Of a stretch of 64,000 bases of DNA, positions 14,463 to 27,582 are shown one piece after another; the first letter of the stretch is position 1, and each line of letters begins with the position of its first letter. Location: assembly GCF_009914755.1 (NCBI RefSeq), contig NC_060934.1; one strand, 5' to 3'. The notes beneath the pieces are model-generated. The model worked only from the letters and a program-made list of their open reading frames with translations. It did no database searches and was not told the origin of the DNA. A program made the translations under genes and the position numbers. This DNA comes from the human T2T-CHM13v2.0 reference genome, Homo sapiens.

Positions 14463-15419
14463 AATACTTTTTAAATTGAAAGGATTCTATTATCTATATT
14501 GCTCTGAGACTTGCTTCTTAAACTATATAATGATCAAACTTTTTATATCTGTGTATATAGCTTTACCAACTTAATTTTTTCCACATACCAGCCCACGGTA
14601 TGAAGGCACCATTACTTCTTTAACCAGTCTTTTACTGATGACCATTTGTATTGTTTCTGGGTTTTCTTGGCCTGCTTTGATTCCACAGAGTGTGAGGGGG
14701 CCCAGAAGAACATTATTTTGGGCTAAACTCTAAACTAAGCATTTTTTGGAATTTGACATTTTTTGTACTTACCTTTTCTCCCTCTTTGAGCTTGTTGGAT
14801 GTTTCTCTCCTGCTGGTCCCTCCTAATCTTGCTGTTGCCTGATTTAAGGTATGTTTGTTGTTTTAAAGATTTCCTTATAGAGTCTAGGACTCTTTGGGGG
14901 ATGTAAGTTCAGCAAATAAACAAACTATTGTCCTAACTTTACATTCTTATTTTAGAGGATTTCAGGAGCACAGGAAGAAGTTCTTCTGTTAACTGGGAAT
15001 CGGCTTAAAAACCTAAAGTCATGTTTGAACTGTGCTTTTCATTTCCCTCTAAAGAGCATCCTAGCTAGAGCTTGACTAAATATATTTAAATTGAAGGCAT
15101 ATCTTATAACCTCAAAGAGCTAACAGTCTCCTACAGTCTGTTGGGGAAGCAAAATTGGCATTAGGGAAACAATTAGAGCACAGTTAAGTGCTAAATTATG
15201 TGGTACAAGCCCCTGGGCAACAGTTCGGGGATGATGACGGCTCAGAGGAGTTCTCTGCCTCCCAGGGGAAAGTGGAACTTGAGCTGGGTTAGGAAGCAGG
15301 AAGTCACATTCTGAAAAGTCTAGGCAGAAGGTGGAAGGTTTTTCAAGTACCAGGTAACTTCTCATACCTTCTCGTTTTCTGACATTTTAAAGTTTTTGTT
15401 TTGGGCCTGCCTACCTTCA

Positions 15420-15540
15420 TGAGAATGGAAGCTTGATGAGGTCAAGGACTCTGTCTTTATTGTTCACCACTGAATCCCCAGTTCCTGGAACAGTGCCTGG
15501 CACATAGTGGATGTTCCATGGATATATGAATGAACAAATG
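15420..15540 (+). mobile_element. L2 3' end
   Basis: ttgttcaccactgaatccccagttcctggaacagtgcctggcacatagt...tgaatgaa. Confidence 0.85.
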
Positions 15541-15969
15541 ACCATGGTGTGTGTGAGGAACTGTTCTGTCTGGAAAGAGGTGTCTCTGTCTCTGGGAGTA
15601 GAGGACTCTCCAACAGACTAGCAGAGGAGCAGCCAACTGAGCCTCAAAACACAGGAGCAAGTGGGATAAACAGGATAAACAGGGTGTGGGAGCCACTCAC
15701 AATTGCCAAGGTGGACCTTGTATAGATTGCAATAGGGGACTTGAACCTGAAATCAAAACAAAAGACAAAACTGCTCTGCACAGCCTACAGGACTCCATGT
15801 ACTTGGTCAACCAACAGCTAAAGTTGGAAGAAAAAAGAAAAAAAAAGATTTGTTCAGTCCTATCCTACCTTTCCCTTGTTAAGAACATAGGGAACTATTA
15901 ATGTGATCACAATACTTTTATTAATACCTACTATGATTGCATTCACTATTTAAGCAGATAGATTAATTG

Positions 15970-16236
15970 CTGTCTCATACTGAGCCAATTGTAGAACAAA
16001 AACTGGTCTGTTTTTTCAACTGTTGTTTTGTAGGTCTATATTTTGTTTTCCATCCTATATTTGTGCAATTGATTTTTGGGCCTAAATGCAGTGCTTTGCA
16101 TTTTTTCCTGGTGCATTCTTATTGATTTGAGACCATCTTTCAGCTTATGAAATTCATTTAAAATCTTGATCCTATCATCAGTCACAGCAGTTATCCTCTT
16201 AGCTTGGTGCATCCATACATGCGATCTGCAAATACC
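15970..16236 (-). mobile_element. CR1/L3 LINE relic (RT C-terminal region)
   Basis: Minus-strand translation DDRIKILNEFHKL...KNQLHKYRM resembles the CR1 RT motif EDRIKIQNDLDKL...GRKNQLHKYRMG. Confidence 0.8.
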
Positions 16237-18152
16237 CCAAGGATGTGGATGCCTAGATCTAATTTGGAGAATCCTAAGGGGCAAGGAGTGTTTGCCGGCT
16301 GACTCACCCTCAGTCATGGGCAAAACCGAAATGATGTGTGGCTGCTAGGACGGGGATATGTGGGAAACTTCAGGCTGGAGTTGGGAAAGGAATAACTGTT
16401 GGAATTCCAGGTTGAGGCAGATCCAAGTCACAATCTCTGGTTTAAGCAACCCAGAAAGATTTCTTCTAGGAAGCTGCTTTTATAAGTAAAAGGGGAAAAA
16501 TAGCTTGATAATTTTTGAGGACAGGCAGCGACGGGGAAAGGGCACGTTGTTCAGTTTAGAAGCTAAACTAGGGGATAGGAAGAGGATGACTGGCCAGCTT
16601 AGACTGTTAGAACTTGGGTTTCCTCACTGGCAGGCAGATATTAGATTTGCTTAGAATCAAGACTGCTGTGAAGATCTTTCCTCTCTTGCTCTCGGGAATA
16701 AATCCTACTTTGGTGTTTTAAGCTGTTTCTCTTCTGTTAGCCACTCCCCAGATTTTCACTCAAATCCTGCATCAGTGTCCTTTGTACCTTTCCTCTCACT
16801 CTGTCTCTGTTGTAAAATCAATTATAATTTGCTTACATCTCCAGTTATGGGGGTACATTTTCCATCTGCTCCAAAATGCACACCCCTGGACTGCACCATT
16901 CCCCGCTCCTCCTGCCTCCCCCGCCCGAGCCGCCTCCCCAGCAACTTTATCTTCCTAAGCAGCTCAGGAACACAGATGTTTTCACCCTGTTGCTCCAGTA
17001 CAAGGGTATTTTCCCAGTGTCTCTCTGTGTGTATGCTCCAGGCACCATCTCTCTGGGGAGGGAGAGAGTAAATGTTTTCATTCCAAACCCTCAGGGTCAG
17101 GTCTTGTTTGTCTAAACTGTGTTTGTTGCCGTAATTATCAGATTAGCTGATCTCTGACAGCAAGTTGGGGGTTGGAGATGGGGGAGACTATTAACCCTCT
17201 GTAGGATGGTGGCTGTGCTTTCTCATGGGAATACCTTTGGGAAGAGCTGTCATTTATCTTCTAACCTGGAAGATTTGTCTAGAATTCTTTTCACCAACCC
17301 TAACAGACCTTCATAATAGTCTGTTCTAAGTAAATCCAACCATCTAGCAGCCTCCACTGCTGGGATCCAACAGGCATTTAGCAGAGATGGAGGGTTGAAA
17401 GGGCATCTCTCCAGGGATCTGCTGGGAAGAGAAAGAAATGGAGCTTAAAGAGGATCTGGATAAATAACTCTACAAACGGTGTCGGTGTCTCTTAGACTGA
17501 ATAAGGAAGCCAGGAGTAAGCACTGAACATCTTCAGCTAGTCCACCCATCCCCTCCCCCTTGGCATAAGTGCAGCGAGGCTACCAGGCCCCACTTAGCAT
17601 TGTTTGGGGATTTTCTGTTGTTTCCGAGATTGTTAAGATAATTTTTCACCGCTGCTGTTTTAACAAAACTAAATGTGTAGACATTTGTGAGTCTTTGTCA
17701 TCAGACTCATCAGGCTGGTGCTTTCAAAATGTTCACATCTGCCCTTTCCTTCTGCCCACAGCACCCTTGAACTTCTATATGGTCTCCAAAGACATGATAA
17801 ATACAGAGATTGCTCTCTCCTCTCAACTGCAACAGTAATGATTCCTTTGCATTTTAATTAAGTCTTTTACACATGAATAAGTCTTTATCCTCAAATGGAC
17901 TAAAGACTCCTCGAGGACAAGAACTATCCTTCAGTCCCATACATTGGTTACCTGGCAAAGGACCCTAAATGCAGGTATTTAATAAATATCTTTTGTTGAC
18001 AGCATTTTTCCAAACTTCTTTTTTCTATTTCTCATCTCTGTTCCTTTCTGGGTTTGTATTTGGTTTTTAGTTACTTATGATGTTTACAGATCCTTTATTT
18101 CTGGAACGGTCCTCCAATTCATACTCAACTCAATTCCTCCTCTTCTCTTCAA

Positions 18153-18169
18153 ACACACACACACATACA

Positions 18170-18209
<40 letters not shown>
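18153..18209. repeat. (CA)n(GA)n microsatellite
   Basis: Direct inspection. Confidence 0.97.
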
Positions 18210-19991
18210 AACCTTTACAGAATATCTGTATACCTAGTACTGTACAAATATATTCTATGTGCAAAATCTTATTTGAAGCTCACCATGGCTTGTGAGATAA
18301 GTACTATTACATGTAAGCAGGCAGAGACTCAGAGAGTTAAGTAACATAAACAAGCTCCCACAATTGTAAGTCCCAGGTGTGTGTGACTCTAAAACCCATA
18401 CAAATCCCATCTTGTTAGTTACTAAAGTGGAGAAAAGTTCAGATAATTAGAGAAAACATGTTTTGCCCAAAACCTAACTAAAAATCAACCAATCTATCTT
18501 CAGTATTTTTCCCCAACAAATATAGCTATAATAATTTCTTTGTAAAATTAAAAGAAGCTCAAACCCAATGAATACATTCTGGACAATATCTTATACAACA
18601 AAATTGTTTTGATATTGTCTTAGCATATGTTTTAAAGTGAATTTGACTCATTCATCCATGTCCATGCTGTTTATAAAGCTGTCACTTCTTGCAGGCAAAC
18701 ATGATTTTTAGAATATTCTATGTAATCCACATACTGATTCATCAAACTGTTATTGAAAAACTGCTATTGACTTAGAATATCCCCATGTTCTGAGAACACT
18801 AAAGTCTTTCATCTTTATTGATGTTGCCAGGCCTGGTTCCAAATGTGGAGAGGGCACAGGCAGAGATTCTTGGGAGGAAATGTTGAGAAGCAGAATTGGT
18901 CAGTGAGTTTCCATATGGTGCTTCTGGTCAGCCCCAGAAGCAGGTATCAGATGGATTTCCATGGAAGCAAACAGCCAGGGAGCCAGCTCTTCTCTCCCTC
19001 TAAGGATGTGTTCTGTTCATTATGCAGCCAGCTAAGATGCCATCCTTGTCCCTGTTCTACTCAGGGTTTCCCTCTCTCTGGCATCTCCCTCCACTGCTCT
19101 TAGATCCCTCACCACAAGCCACATAGGAGGAAGATCCAACAGATCTTGAATAGGTCAACCAAACTGTGTTTGTCAGTTCTGATAAGAGAGTCAATTGTAG
19201 AGAAATTCGAATGACTATTTTGCCCCCAATCCAGAAACCCCTGTCCTAACTTGAATAAAAATTCACTTGGCTACATAAGGAAGGTTTTTAAAGAGCCTGG
19301 GAAATGGAAAGAGCGATGATACAAGTGCCTAAAGGGAAATTCAAAGAAGGGCTTATTTTTAAAGAAAAAAATTCAGAAAAATAGAAAGGTGATTTTGCCA
19401 TCTTGTGGAAGAGTATTGCACACATGTTGAGCAAAATGAGACTGGTTCTTATGATAAAATAATTTCAGGTTCCTAAAATACCTTACTTGATCCTGGTTAT
19501 GAATAGTCAGCTTGTTCTTGTTAAGATGTTTGAAGTGCTCAGGGTATTTTCTGGCCCAGATGCCAGGAGATCTGACTGCCCCTAATAGCTGTGTGGCCTT
19601 CAGTGAGGCATATATCCTGACACTTATCTGGAAAGTTGGTATTGGACTAGACGACATCAGATTATTTCTTTTGTTGGTGTGGCATCATATTCTGGGCCCC
19701 TGGAGGGAAGCAAATAAGGAAAGTTGTTTAGAAAAATGACATTTTCTTGATTTAATTTTGCAAAATGCTTAGAATGGTGCCTAGCACATAACAGTGTTAG
19801 AATTGTTAGTGTCTATAGAAGTGGAAGCTATTATAGAAGTGTTAGCTATTATCATTGACATGCTATGGATGATGAGCATGGATCCATGCACTAGAGACAC
19901 ATTTTTACCTCCATATCTAAATTTAAGAAAAATAATGCAATATTAATTGAGTATTCTGATAACTTTAAAGCCCTTTGTCTCTCTCTCTCTT

Positions 19992-20137
19992 TTCTTTTTT
20001 TTTTTTTTTTTTTTTTTTACATGGAGTCTTTCTTTATTACACAGGCTGGACTCAAACTCCTGGGCTCAAGTGATCCTCCCACCCTATGCTCAGCCTCCAA
20101 GTAGCTGGTACTATAGGTGTGCACCACTGCACCCAGC
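19992..20137 (-). mobile_element. FLAM / Alu monomer
   Basis: poly-T then caggctggactcaaactcctgggctcaagtgatcctcccacc. Confidence 0.88.
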
Positions 20138-20197
20138 AAAAACCTTAATAGAAAGGAAATGAGCCATGACTACTGAAAATTAAGACTAGCTATTATC

Positions 20198-20345
20198 CAC
20201 AAGAGGTGCTCGCTGCCTCTTTGCAGAAGTGATTCTCAGCCAGAGACCTCAGTATTTGGAGAAGAGACCTCTTATCTATTCCCCAGGGGTCTCAGACCAT
20301 TCAAATCAAAGGAAAACAATTGATAACCTTGTAATTAATGGAAGG
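20198..20345 (+). repeat. Local diverged direct repeat, copy A1 (partner 21275-21423)
   Basis: gctgcctctttgcagaagtgattctcagccagagacctcagtatttg versus gctgcctcttttcaaaagtaattctcagccagaggcctcagtatttg; about 80% identical by eye. Confidence 0.9.
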
Positions 20346-21274
20346 AGGGTCTGCTAAGCAAACAACCACATAGAGATGTTTTCTCTGAAAATTCAGCTTT
20401 ATTATTTGGCCATGGGATGAATTGGGCTGCCTTGGGAAGCAGGAGTTTCCCTTCCCTGGATTCAGGGATTCAGACATCAGATGGCTAGATGGACTGCATG
20501 ACTTTGAAGAACCTTTCCCACAAAGTCTCTGATTCTAAAGCAAAGCCTACCCAGAAATACAAAGGTCACAATGCCTGTGGACAATAGAGCGGCAGAGACT
20601 GGGCTTCAGCTAGGACACCTAGTTCTCTGAGAGCATAATATCAGCCTGGAACATCTTGCACCTTGAATGGTGGAGCTGTGTCTTCTAAGACTTTCGTAAA
20701 AAGGTGATTCATGGAACGCATCACTGAGCAATGCCCTAGTTTATTCTCTCTTTTCAATTCTAAGACCTAAGAATGGAAAGCACTAAGGGAATGTCAGAGC
20801 CACACAATAAGGGAAGGGCCAGAATCCTGGTTTCCAGTCCAGGGCTGAACCTCCAGCTTTCCCTCTCTATAAACAGATGGAGTTGTCATGGGCTGAAGAT
20901 ACTTTCTAACTACTTTCTGCCCATAGCAACAGTCCAATGAAAACCTTCACTGAATAGAAACTCATATGCAATATTAGAGCAAGATGAACAGAGAATAAGA
21001 CAGAAAAGAAAATAAATAAAGAAGACAATGGCAAAGGGGCAGAATATAAAGAATTGAAGAGGCAGAGTAGAAAAACAAGAAAATGAAGGGAGTTTTTTTA
21101 AAAAAAAATTCTACTCTAAATGTATGAGATGTAGAGAGCCTTAACATTTAAAAACTGCAAAGAAAGAAAGATGGTAACATGCATTACATACTAAGAAAGC
21201 CACACAAAAGAGAGTAAGGTTAAAAAAAGTTATAAATCTCTATAATTTAACTAAGATTATCTGATGAGAACATA

Positions 21275-21423
21275 CACAAGAAATGCTAGCTGCCTCTTTT
21301 CAAAAGTAATTCTCAGCCAGAGGCCTCAGTATTTGAAGAAGAGATGTCCTGTCTATTCCCCAGGGATCCCAGGCCACCCAAATTAAAGGAGAACAGTTGA
21401 TAACCTCATAATTAGAAGCAAGG
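21275..21423 (+). repeat. Local diverged direct repeat, copy B1
   Basis: Colinear with 20198-20345. Confidence 0.9.
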
Positions 21424-21984
21424 CTTCTGTTGTGCCACCGTAGGGCCTTTACACTGCCTTTTCTCGGAGGACTCCCTTCCTTCCTCCCTTCACTACTCTC
21501 CATTTCCTGCTTGTCGTTACTCTAATTACTTTTACTGTTACTGTGTGGTGGTTGGTCTGGAGGACCTTCAAAATCCCTTCCAACCCTCTGAGTCCACAAT
21601 TCTCTACTTCTGCTTTCAGAAGTACTCCCTACTGTCGCCTTTACTGGGATCTGAGGTCCAGGGAATAGTGTAGCGGTATGTGATGGGCACAGGGATGACT
21701 CACGTGATAGCTTGTGCACATTGCCATGGCTCAGCTATCTCTTTGCTGGTGGAAATAATCTGGAAGAATTGGTTCCAGGTCCACGGAGAGGTTGCTCGGT
21801 ATCAGACAGTAGTCGCCATTGGAAGCAGAGGCCATGTTTCAAAGTAGCTGAGAGTTATTTTATTAACGACAATAAGGGTGATGAACTAAGTAATTTGATG
21901 AGTACTTAAAGACAAAACCATAGAACCTGCCCTTGAGGAACGCACAAACCAAATGTGGCAACTCTAGGTCCTACGCATTCATAA

Positions 21985-22210
21985 TAATCATCACTGCCTG
22001 GTACTGAGCACCTTCTAGGTGCTGGGTACTGCTAAGCGTGTAACCTTTGCCAAGTTATTTAATCCTCATGACATCCAAATGAAGCAAGTACTGTTGTCAT
22101 CCCCACTTTACAAATGAGGTAGAGGAAGCCCAAAGATTACATACTTTACTGCTATCAGGCAGCTTGTGACAGATTGGGATTCAAATACTATATGCTTGGA
22201 GGCACATTAC
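21985..22210 (-). mobile_element. MIR SINE
   Basis: tactgagcaccttctaggtgctgggtactgctaag...atttaatcctcatgaca...catccccactttacaaatgagg. Confidence 0.85.
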
Positions 22211-23894
22211 TAGGCTGCCTTCACAAGTCCCCTTTTTGCATCAGCCATAATCCATTTAATGAGTCAAGATTGATTGCAAGAGAACTGAGGTCCCCAGATT
22301 CATCTCACTCTGATTTTAACACTACTTTCAAGAACTCATGCTCCTATGGGTCCTTTCTCACCGTGTCATCTGTGATCCAACCTGCTTTAACCTGTCTGTT
22401 CTCTTACCTGTCTGAACCTGCAGATGCCCACACTGAGGGATTCTCAGCCCTGGAATCCTCCATGTCTTCCCCTCACTTCACCAATCTATCCAGGACCCTG
22501 ACTGCATCAAGCCTTTGTAGCAATGGCAATGTTACCCCAAACTGACTGCAGATGCCTGTGACCTTTGGGATTCCCACCTGTGCTACTTGTCCTGTTCTTA
22601 AATTAAATAAATGACCAAGTCAGGGATCATATGCCATCTTCAAGACAGGAAGTCCTGCTCTCCGGCATCTTGTCCCCTGATCCTAGGCATGGTGTCACTT
22701 TCTGCCCATAGGAACAGTCTAATAAAAAACTTCACTTGGACTCTATACTAATTTACAATTAAAATTACTAGCTTTGTGAGAGTATGCAAAGTATTCATGA
22801 ACTAGGATTTGGGGATAGAAGAGGCAGAAATGTTTTCCCATAATAATGACTAATATAGCCATCGCAAATGATATTATCTTTTTTTACTTAATCCAACAAT
22901 ACTTTTTCAACCCAACTTGAAGATTATAATTATCTGAAAAGAAGGATATTAATTATAATTCAGACTTTTTTATACCAACTTCCCCATTCTTCCAGTCACC
23001 CCGCCCTACCTTCCCCATGCCCTCCAGGCATCCAAAATTGTGGAATCAGCATGTATAGGGCTGGGTACCCTGTGAATACTCAGTAAATATTAACTGTCTA
23101 AATGAATTAATCTATTCGCCTCTGGTATAAGTACTTTTGCTGTCTCTCAAATTCAAATCATTTCCTCTCCTTTTACTAACACAGGCATTCATGCATTTAA
23201 TTCAAACAGTTATTTACTTAGGGTTATTATGGCCTCCACAAATGCAGAGTCTGGTAATGGTGCAAGGCAGTATGAGAACAAGTGCTCAGATGAGGGCCGC
23301 AGCAATGGGGAAATAGAAAGAACGTGGGCCTTGACCTCAGCCGACCTACCTTAATTGTAAAAGTGGAGTATTGACACCCAGTTCCCAGGGTCGTTAATAA
23401 CATTGAATGTTTTGGGGTTTTTTTGAGCACTGTGTGTACAAACCTCTTCAATTCTCCCTGAGCCCCTACATGGGGAAAGTGGGACTTTAAAGGGCTGAAC
23501 AGTTTGCCTACCTTGAAGTCTCACTGCTAGCAGTGGGCAGTGCTGGAATTTGAACACACTCTTAACTCTTCTTTACAATATCTTCTTTGTGGGAGTGGTC
23601 TTGAGAATTAAACTCCTGTCAAGTTCCTCTCAGTATGTCAGTTTCCTCATCCCCTTGTCAGGAGAGGAGGACACTAAGTTCCACGTGTGGAAATTGGTCA
23701 TGTAACCTTAACCCTGGAGAAATGTGAACGTTATCTCCTGAGGGGCAGCGGTCCACCGGCCACTCAGACCTATTGTTGCCCCAGGAAGGAAGAAAGAATT
23801 GGGATTCTGCTTCCCCTTGAGGGGACTGAGAAGTAAAACTGCAGCTAAATCAGTGGACTTTGGGGACTTGTGGGGAAGAGTGGGAAGGCAGTGA

Positions 23895-24033
23895 GGGATA
23901 AAAGACAAGAAATATGGTGCAGTATATACTGCTTGGGTGATGGGTGCACCAGGATCTCACAAATCACCACTAAAGAATGTCTCATGTAACCAAATACCAC
24001 GTGTATTCCAATAACTTATGGGAAAAAAAAAAA
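23895..24033 (+). mobile_element. L1PB-type 3' end fragment
   Basis: ggtgcagtatatactgcttgggtgatgggtgcacca...aaatcaccactaaagaa...catgtaaccaaataccac; A-tail. Confidence 0.85.
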
Positions 24034-24534
24034 CTCTTAGCCACTCTGGAAGGACTGCAGTTAAATTACAAAGAGAAGCAGTACATCCACTGTCAGTACA
24101 TCTACTCGGATGCTTTTGTCTTTTCTGGTTGCAGCTTGGTCTTGTCTTCTTTCTTAGAAAATGTTCCTTTACTTGTGAAAAGTGCTATCCTTGTTTCTGC
24201 TGAACACAGAGAATAAGGGGGTTTGTCTACACCCATGTTGGCTCCAAGAGAGGATCAAAGTGTCCTTTGGTTTAGATGTGGTGACAGCAGCTGGAGAACT
24301 AGGGGAACCTGGAGGAACTGGGCAGATGGAGGGAGGATAAGGTGGGAGGCAATTCTAAAGCCAGGATAACCATCTCTTACTACAGGGGATTCTACTACCA
24401 GCTCTTCCCAGCAGGCTTTTTCACTCCCCTGCAAAGGCAGACAGTGCCCCAGGAGGTCAGAGATGGAGCTATCCTAATGCCTTGATAGGAGGCAAAGACT
24501 GGATGGAGGCAGTGGAGTATAAAAAGAAAGATCT

Positions 24535-24869
<335 letters not shown>

Positions 24870-25489
24870 TCAGGGCCAAGGATACCAGCTGTGAGATTTG
24901 AACAAGTTACTCAACCTCGCTGAGTGTCCTGGTGTATAATGACAATGAGACACACACCTCACAGGGAAGCTGTGACAAGCTAATGAAGTCATGTTTATAA
25001 GGGACCTGGCAAAGTAGGTGACAGTTGAGCACCTGGCGAAGGATGTGACACTCAGGCTGCAGCCACAATACATGGGAGAATTTGGCTTTTGCTATATCTT
25101 ACCCAAAACTTGGCTGGGCTGTTCTGATCCTCCCAAGAAAATGTATAATGACAGTAACTCTAATAGCCACTAAAGTTAGTCAATTTTGGGAAAAGAAAAA
25201 GGAGAAAAATGAGCTGCAAAACAATTCCACTATCAGAGAGGGCAAAAATGGAAAGGAAAATTTTAGAAGAAAAGTAATACATAGTAAATCTAGAAAATAA
25301 TCTAGAGTACCTCACTAGAAGGTCTAAATTTAACCTTAAAAAAGAAATCTTGGTGCCTGGGGTGGAAAAACAAATCATCTTTTTTGCTGACTGTACAAGT
25401 AAGATGATTAAAGTAGCAATAGAAAAGAGCTTTTAAAAAAATGATGGTAAAAGGTAAAAATGGAAATCCCACACGTGACTCCTAATTTT

Positions 25490-25808
25490 AAAACAATTAT
25501 AGTAAAATATTTATCACATAAGTTTACTGTCTTAACCACTTTTACATGTAGGGTTCAGTGGCGTTAAGTACATTCACAATGCTGTGCAACCATCACCACC
25601 ATCCATCTCCAGAACGCCTTTCATCTTGCAAAACTGAAACCTCTGTATCCATTAAACACTAACTCCCCATTCCTACCTTCCCCTACTCCCTGACAACCAC
25701 CATTCTACTTTCTGTCTCTATGAATTTGACTACCCTATGTACCTCATATAAGTGGAAGCACACAGTATTTGTCTTTTTGTGACTGACTTATTTCACTTAG
25801 CATAATGG
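25490..25808 (-). mobile_element. L1MB-type 3' fragment
   Basis: ttaagtacattcacaatgctgtgcaaccatcaccaccatccatctccagaac...caaccaccattctactttctgtctctatgaatttgac. Confidence 0.88.
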
Positions 25809-25882
25809 ACTCCCAGCTTGTTAACTAGATATATTCCAAAGTCATTTACAATGTGATGTATGGATATAAGTCATAGTAAATG

Positions 25883-26134
25883 TTTTTTCTTTTTTCTTTT
25901 TTTTTTTTTTTTGAGATGGAGTCTCGCTCTGTCGCCTGGGCTGGAGTGCAGTGGCGCCATCTTGGCTCATTGCAATTTCCACTTCTCGGGTTCAAGCAAT
26001 GCTCCTGCTTCAGCCTCCCGAGTAGCTGGGACTACAGGCATGCACCACCACGTCCAGCTAAATTTTTGCATTTTTAGTAGAGACGGGGTTTCACCATGTT
26101 GCCCAGGCTGGTCTTAAACTCCTGACCTCAGGCG
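25883..26134 (-). mobile_element. AluS, 5'-truncated
   Basis: Antisense Alu ending at cctgacctcaggcga; TSD aatgtttt. Confidence 0.93.
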
Positions 26135-26533
26135 AATGTTTTAAGTAAAGAGAAAATTCAGATCCTACCAGGCTGGCTTGAACCAATGCCAATTTCCATA
26201 ATGAAAATGGCTCTCCCCAGATGTAGAAGAGGAAGTGCATACAGATGCAATGTGATCCCAGTGAAACCCCAAATGCAGCTTCTGGGGCCACAGACTTCTG
26301 CCTCTCTCTTGAATTTCTTTGTGTTGCCACAACGTAAGAGTTCAGAGAGGTGTTGACAGCATTTCCCTTTATGCTTTCCGTAGGGTCCATATCATTATTA
26401 CCCCTTCCCTGGACATTCACAATAACTCCTAATACACAGGCAGGATATAAGTTAGACTACTTATATTTACTGAGAACTTACCATGCACCAGACACAGTCA
26501 ACTTTTTAAAGTGGACAATTTTAAAGAGAAAAC

Positions 26534-27353
26534 TGTAATGGGCAACATAATCATCTCCTACCATCTCTGTTCCTTTCTTTCTCAGATTATGAAGTAGCTA
26601 TGGAATTTGAATGGGTTGATTCTTCAGCTCCCAGAAAAAAACTTTGATTGGTTTAACTGGCCACAGTAATTGATGTGGGAATGAGGCCCTGACATAATTT
26701 CAACTTAGAAGACATGTTCACTGGAAGTGAACTAGGAAGCATGAAGTCTCAGACATTCGACACTGAAAGAATAAGCAGTCTTAGGATGAAGGCAGTGCTA
26801 TGGACACCAGAACTCCATGGTTCAGGCTGTTCAGCATCAACTGTTCCTGACAGCCACCCTAACGTGCCTCCAGTTTCCTGGGCCAACAGATGCCTGTCAT
26901 TGTTGAAGTTTCTTTGAGTTGGGTCTTCCGTTACTTACAATTTAAATCACCCTCACTGATTACTATGTACTTAATTGTTCTCCTCCACTCTCTGCCAATC
27001 CATATGCTGAAGCCTTAACCCCCAACGTGATAGTATTTGGAGACTGGAACTTTGGGAGATAATTAGATTTAGATGTGGTCATGAGGATGGGACCTTCAAG
27101 ATGAGAATAGTATCCTTATAAAAAGTGGTACTAGAAAGCCTCTCTTTCTCTCTCTCTGCCACGTAAGAACACAGCAAGAAGGCAGCCATCTGCAAGCCAG
27201 GAAGAGAGCCCTTACCAGAACTTGACCATGCTGACACCCTGATCTCAGATGTGCAGCCTCCAGAACTGCAAAAAAGACACATTTTCATTGTTTAAGCTAC
27301 CTAGTTTATGGTATTTTGTTACAGCAGCCCAATCTGACTAATACGCTGATACA
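26534..27353 (+). mobile_element. Old MLT1 (J/K-like) MaLR LTR with a younger LTR inserted in its 3' terminus
   Basis: ggccacagtaattg...ttgagttgggtcttccgttacttacaat...ctgat[insert]ctgataca. Confidence 0.65.
26961..27345 (+). mobile_element. MLT1A-like MaLR LTR
   Basis: catatgctgaagccttaacccccaacgtga...gaaggcagccatctgcaagccaggaagagagccc...ggtattttgttacagcagccc...gactaatac; 5-bp TSD CTGAT. Confidence 0.9.
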
Positions 27354-27409
27354 GGCATATTAGGGTACATGCCACCAGCAGAGTGGTTCAACTGCAGGTC
27401 CACACTTAC

Positions 27410-27582
27410 CCAGTGAAGGTGACTCAGCCTAGAGTGTGACTCAGTCTCTTCCCAACCCTGTCCGCATCACCCCTGGAAGAGTCAGCTCCTCCCACAACTG
27501 CAGTCCTGACAGCAGCATCATGCCTCTGAAATGATCTTGCAAACAAGCTGTCATTGGAGTGCTGAGAGAGTGGCAATATCAA
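27410..27582 (-). other. Candidate non-coding exon (173 nt)
   Basis: On the minus strand: ~60-nt polypyrimidine tract ending ttcatgtttttag, and donor TGG|GTAAGT; stops in all three frames. Confidence 0.45.

Noticed and set aside
14209-14463. Y/I/V/C-rich ORFs
   Set aside because: (TA)n/(CA)n microsatellite translations
14767-14840. Minus-strand consensus donor AAG|GTAAGT
   Set aside because: No adequate acceptor upstream
26221-26333. Possible plus-strand exon (ccccag|ATG...AAC|GTAAGA), open in one frame
   Set aside because: Weak polypyrimidine tract, unrecognisable peptide and no partner exons
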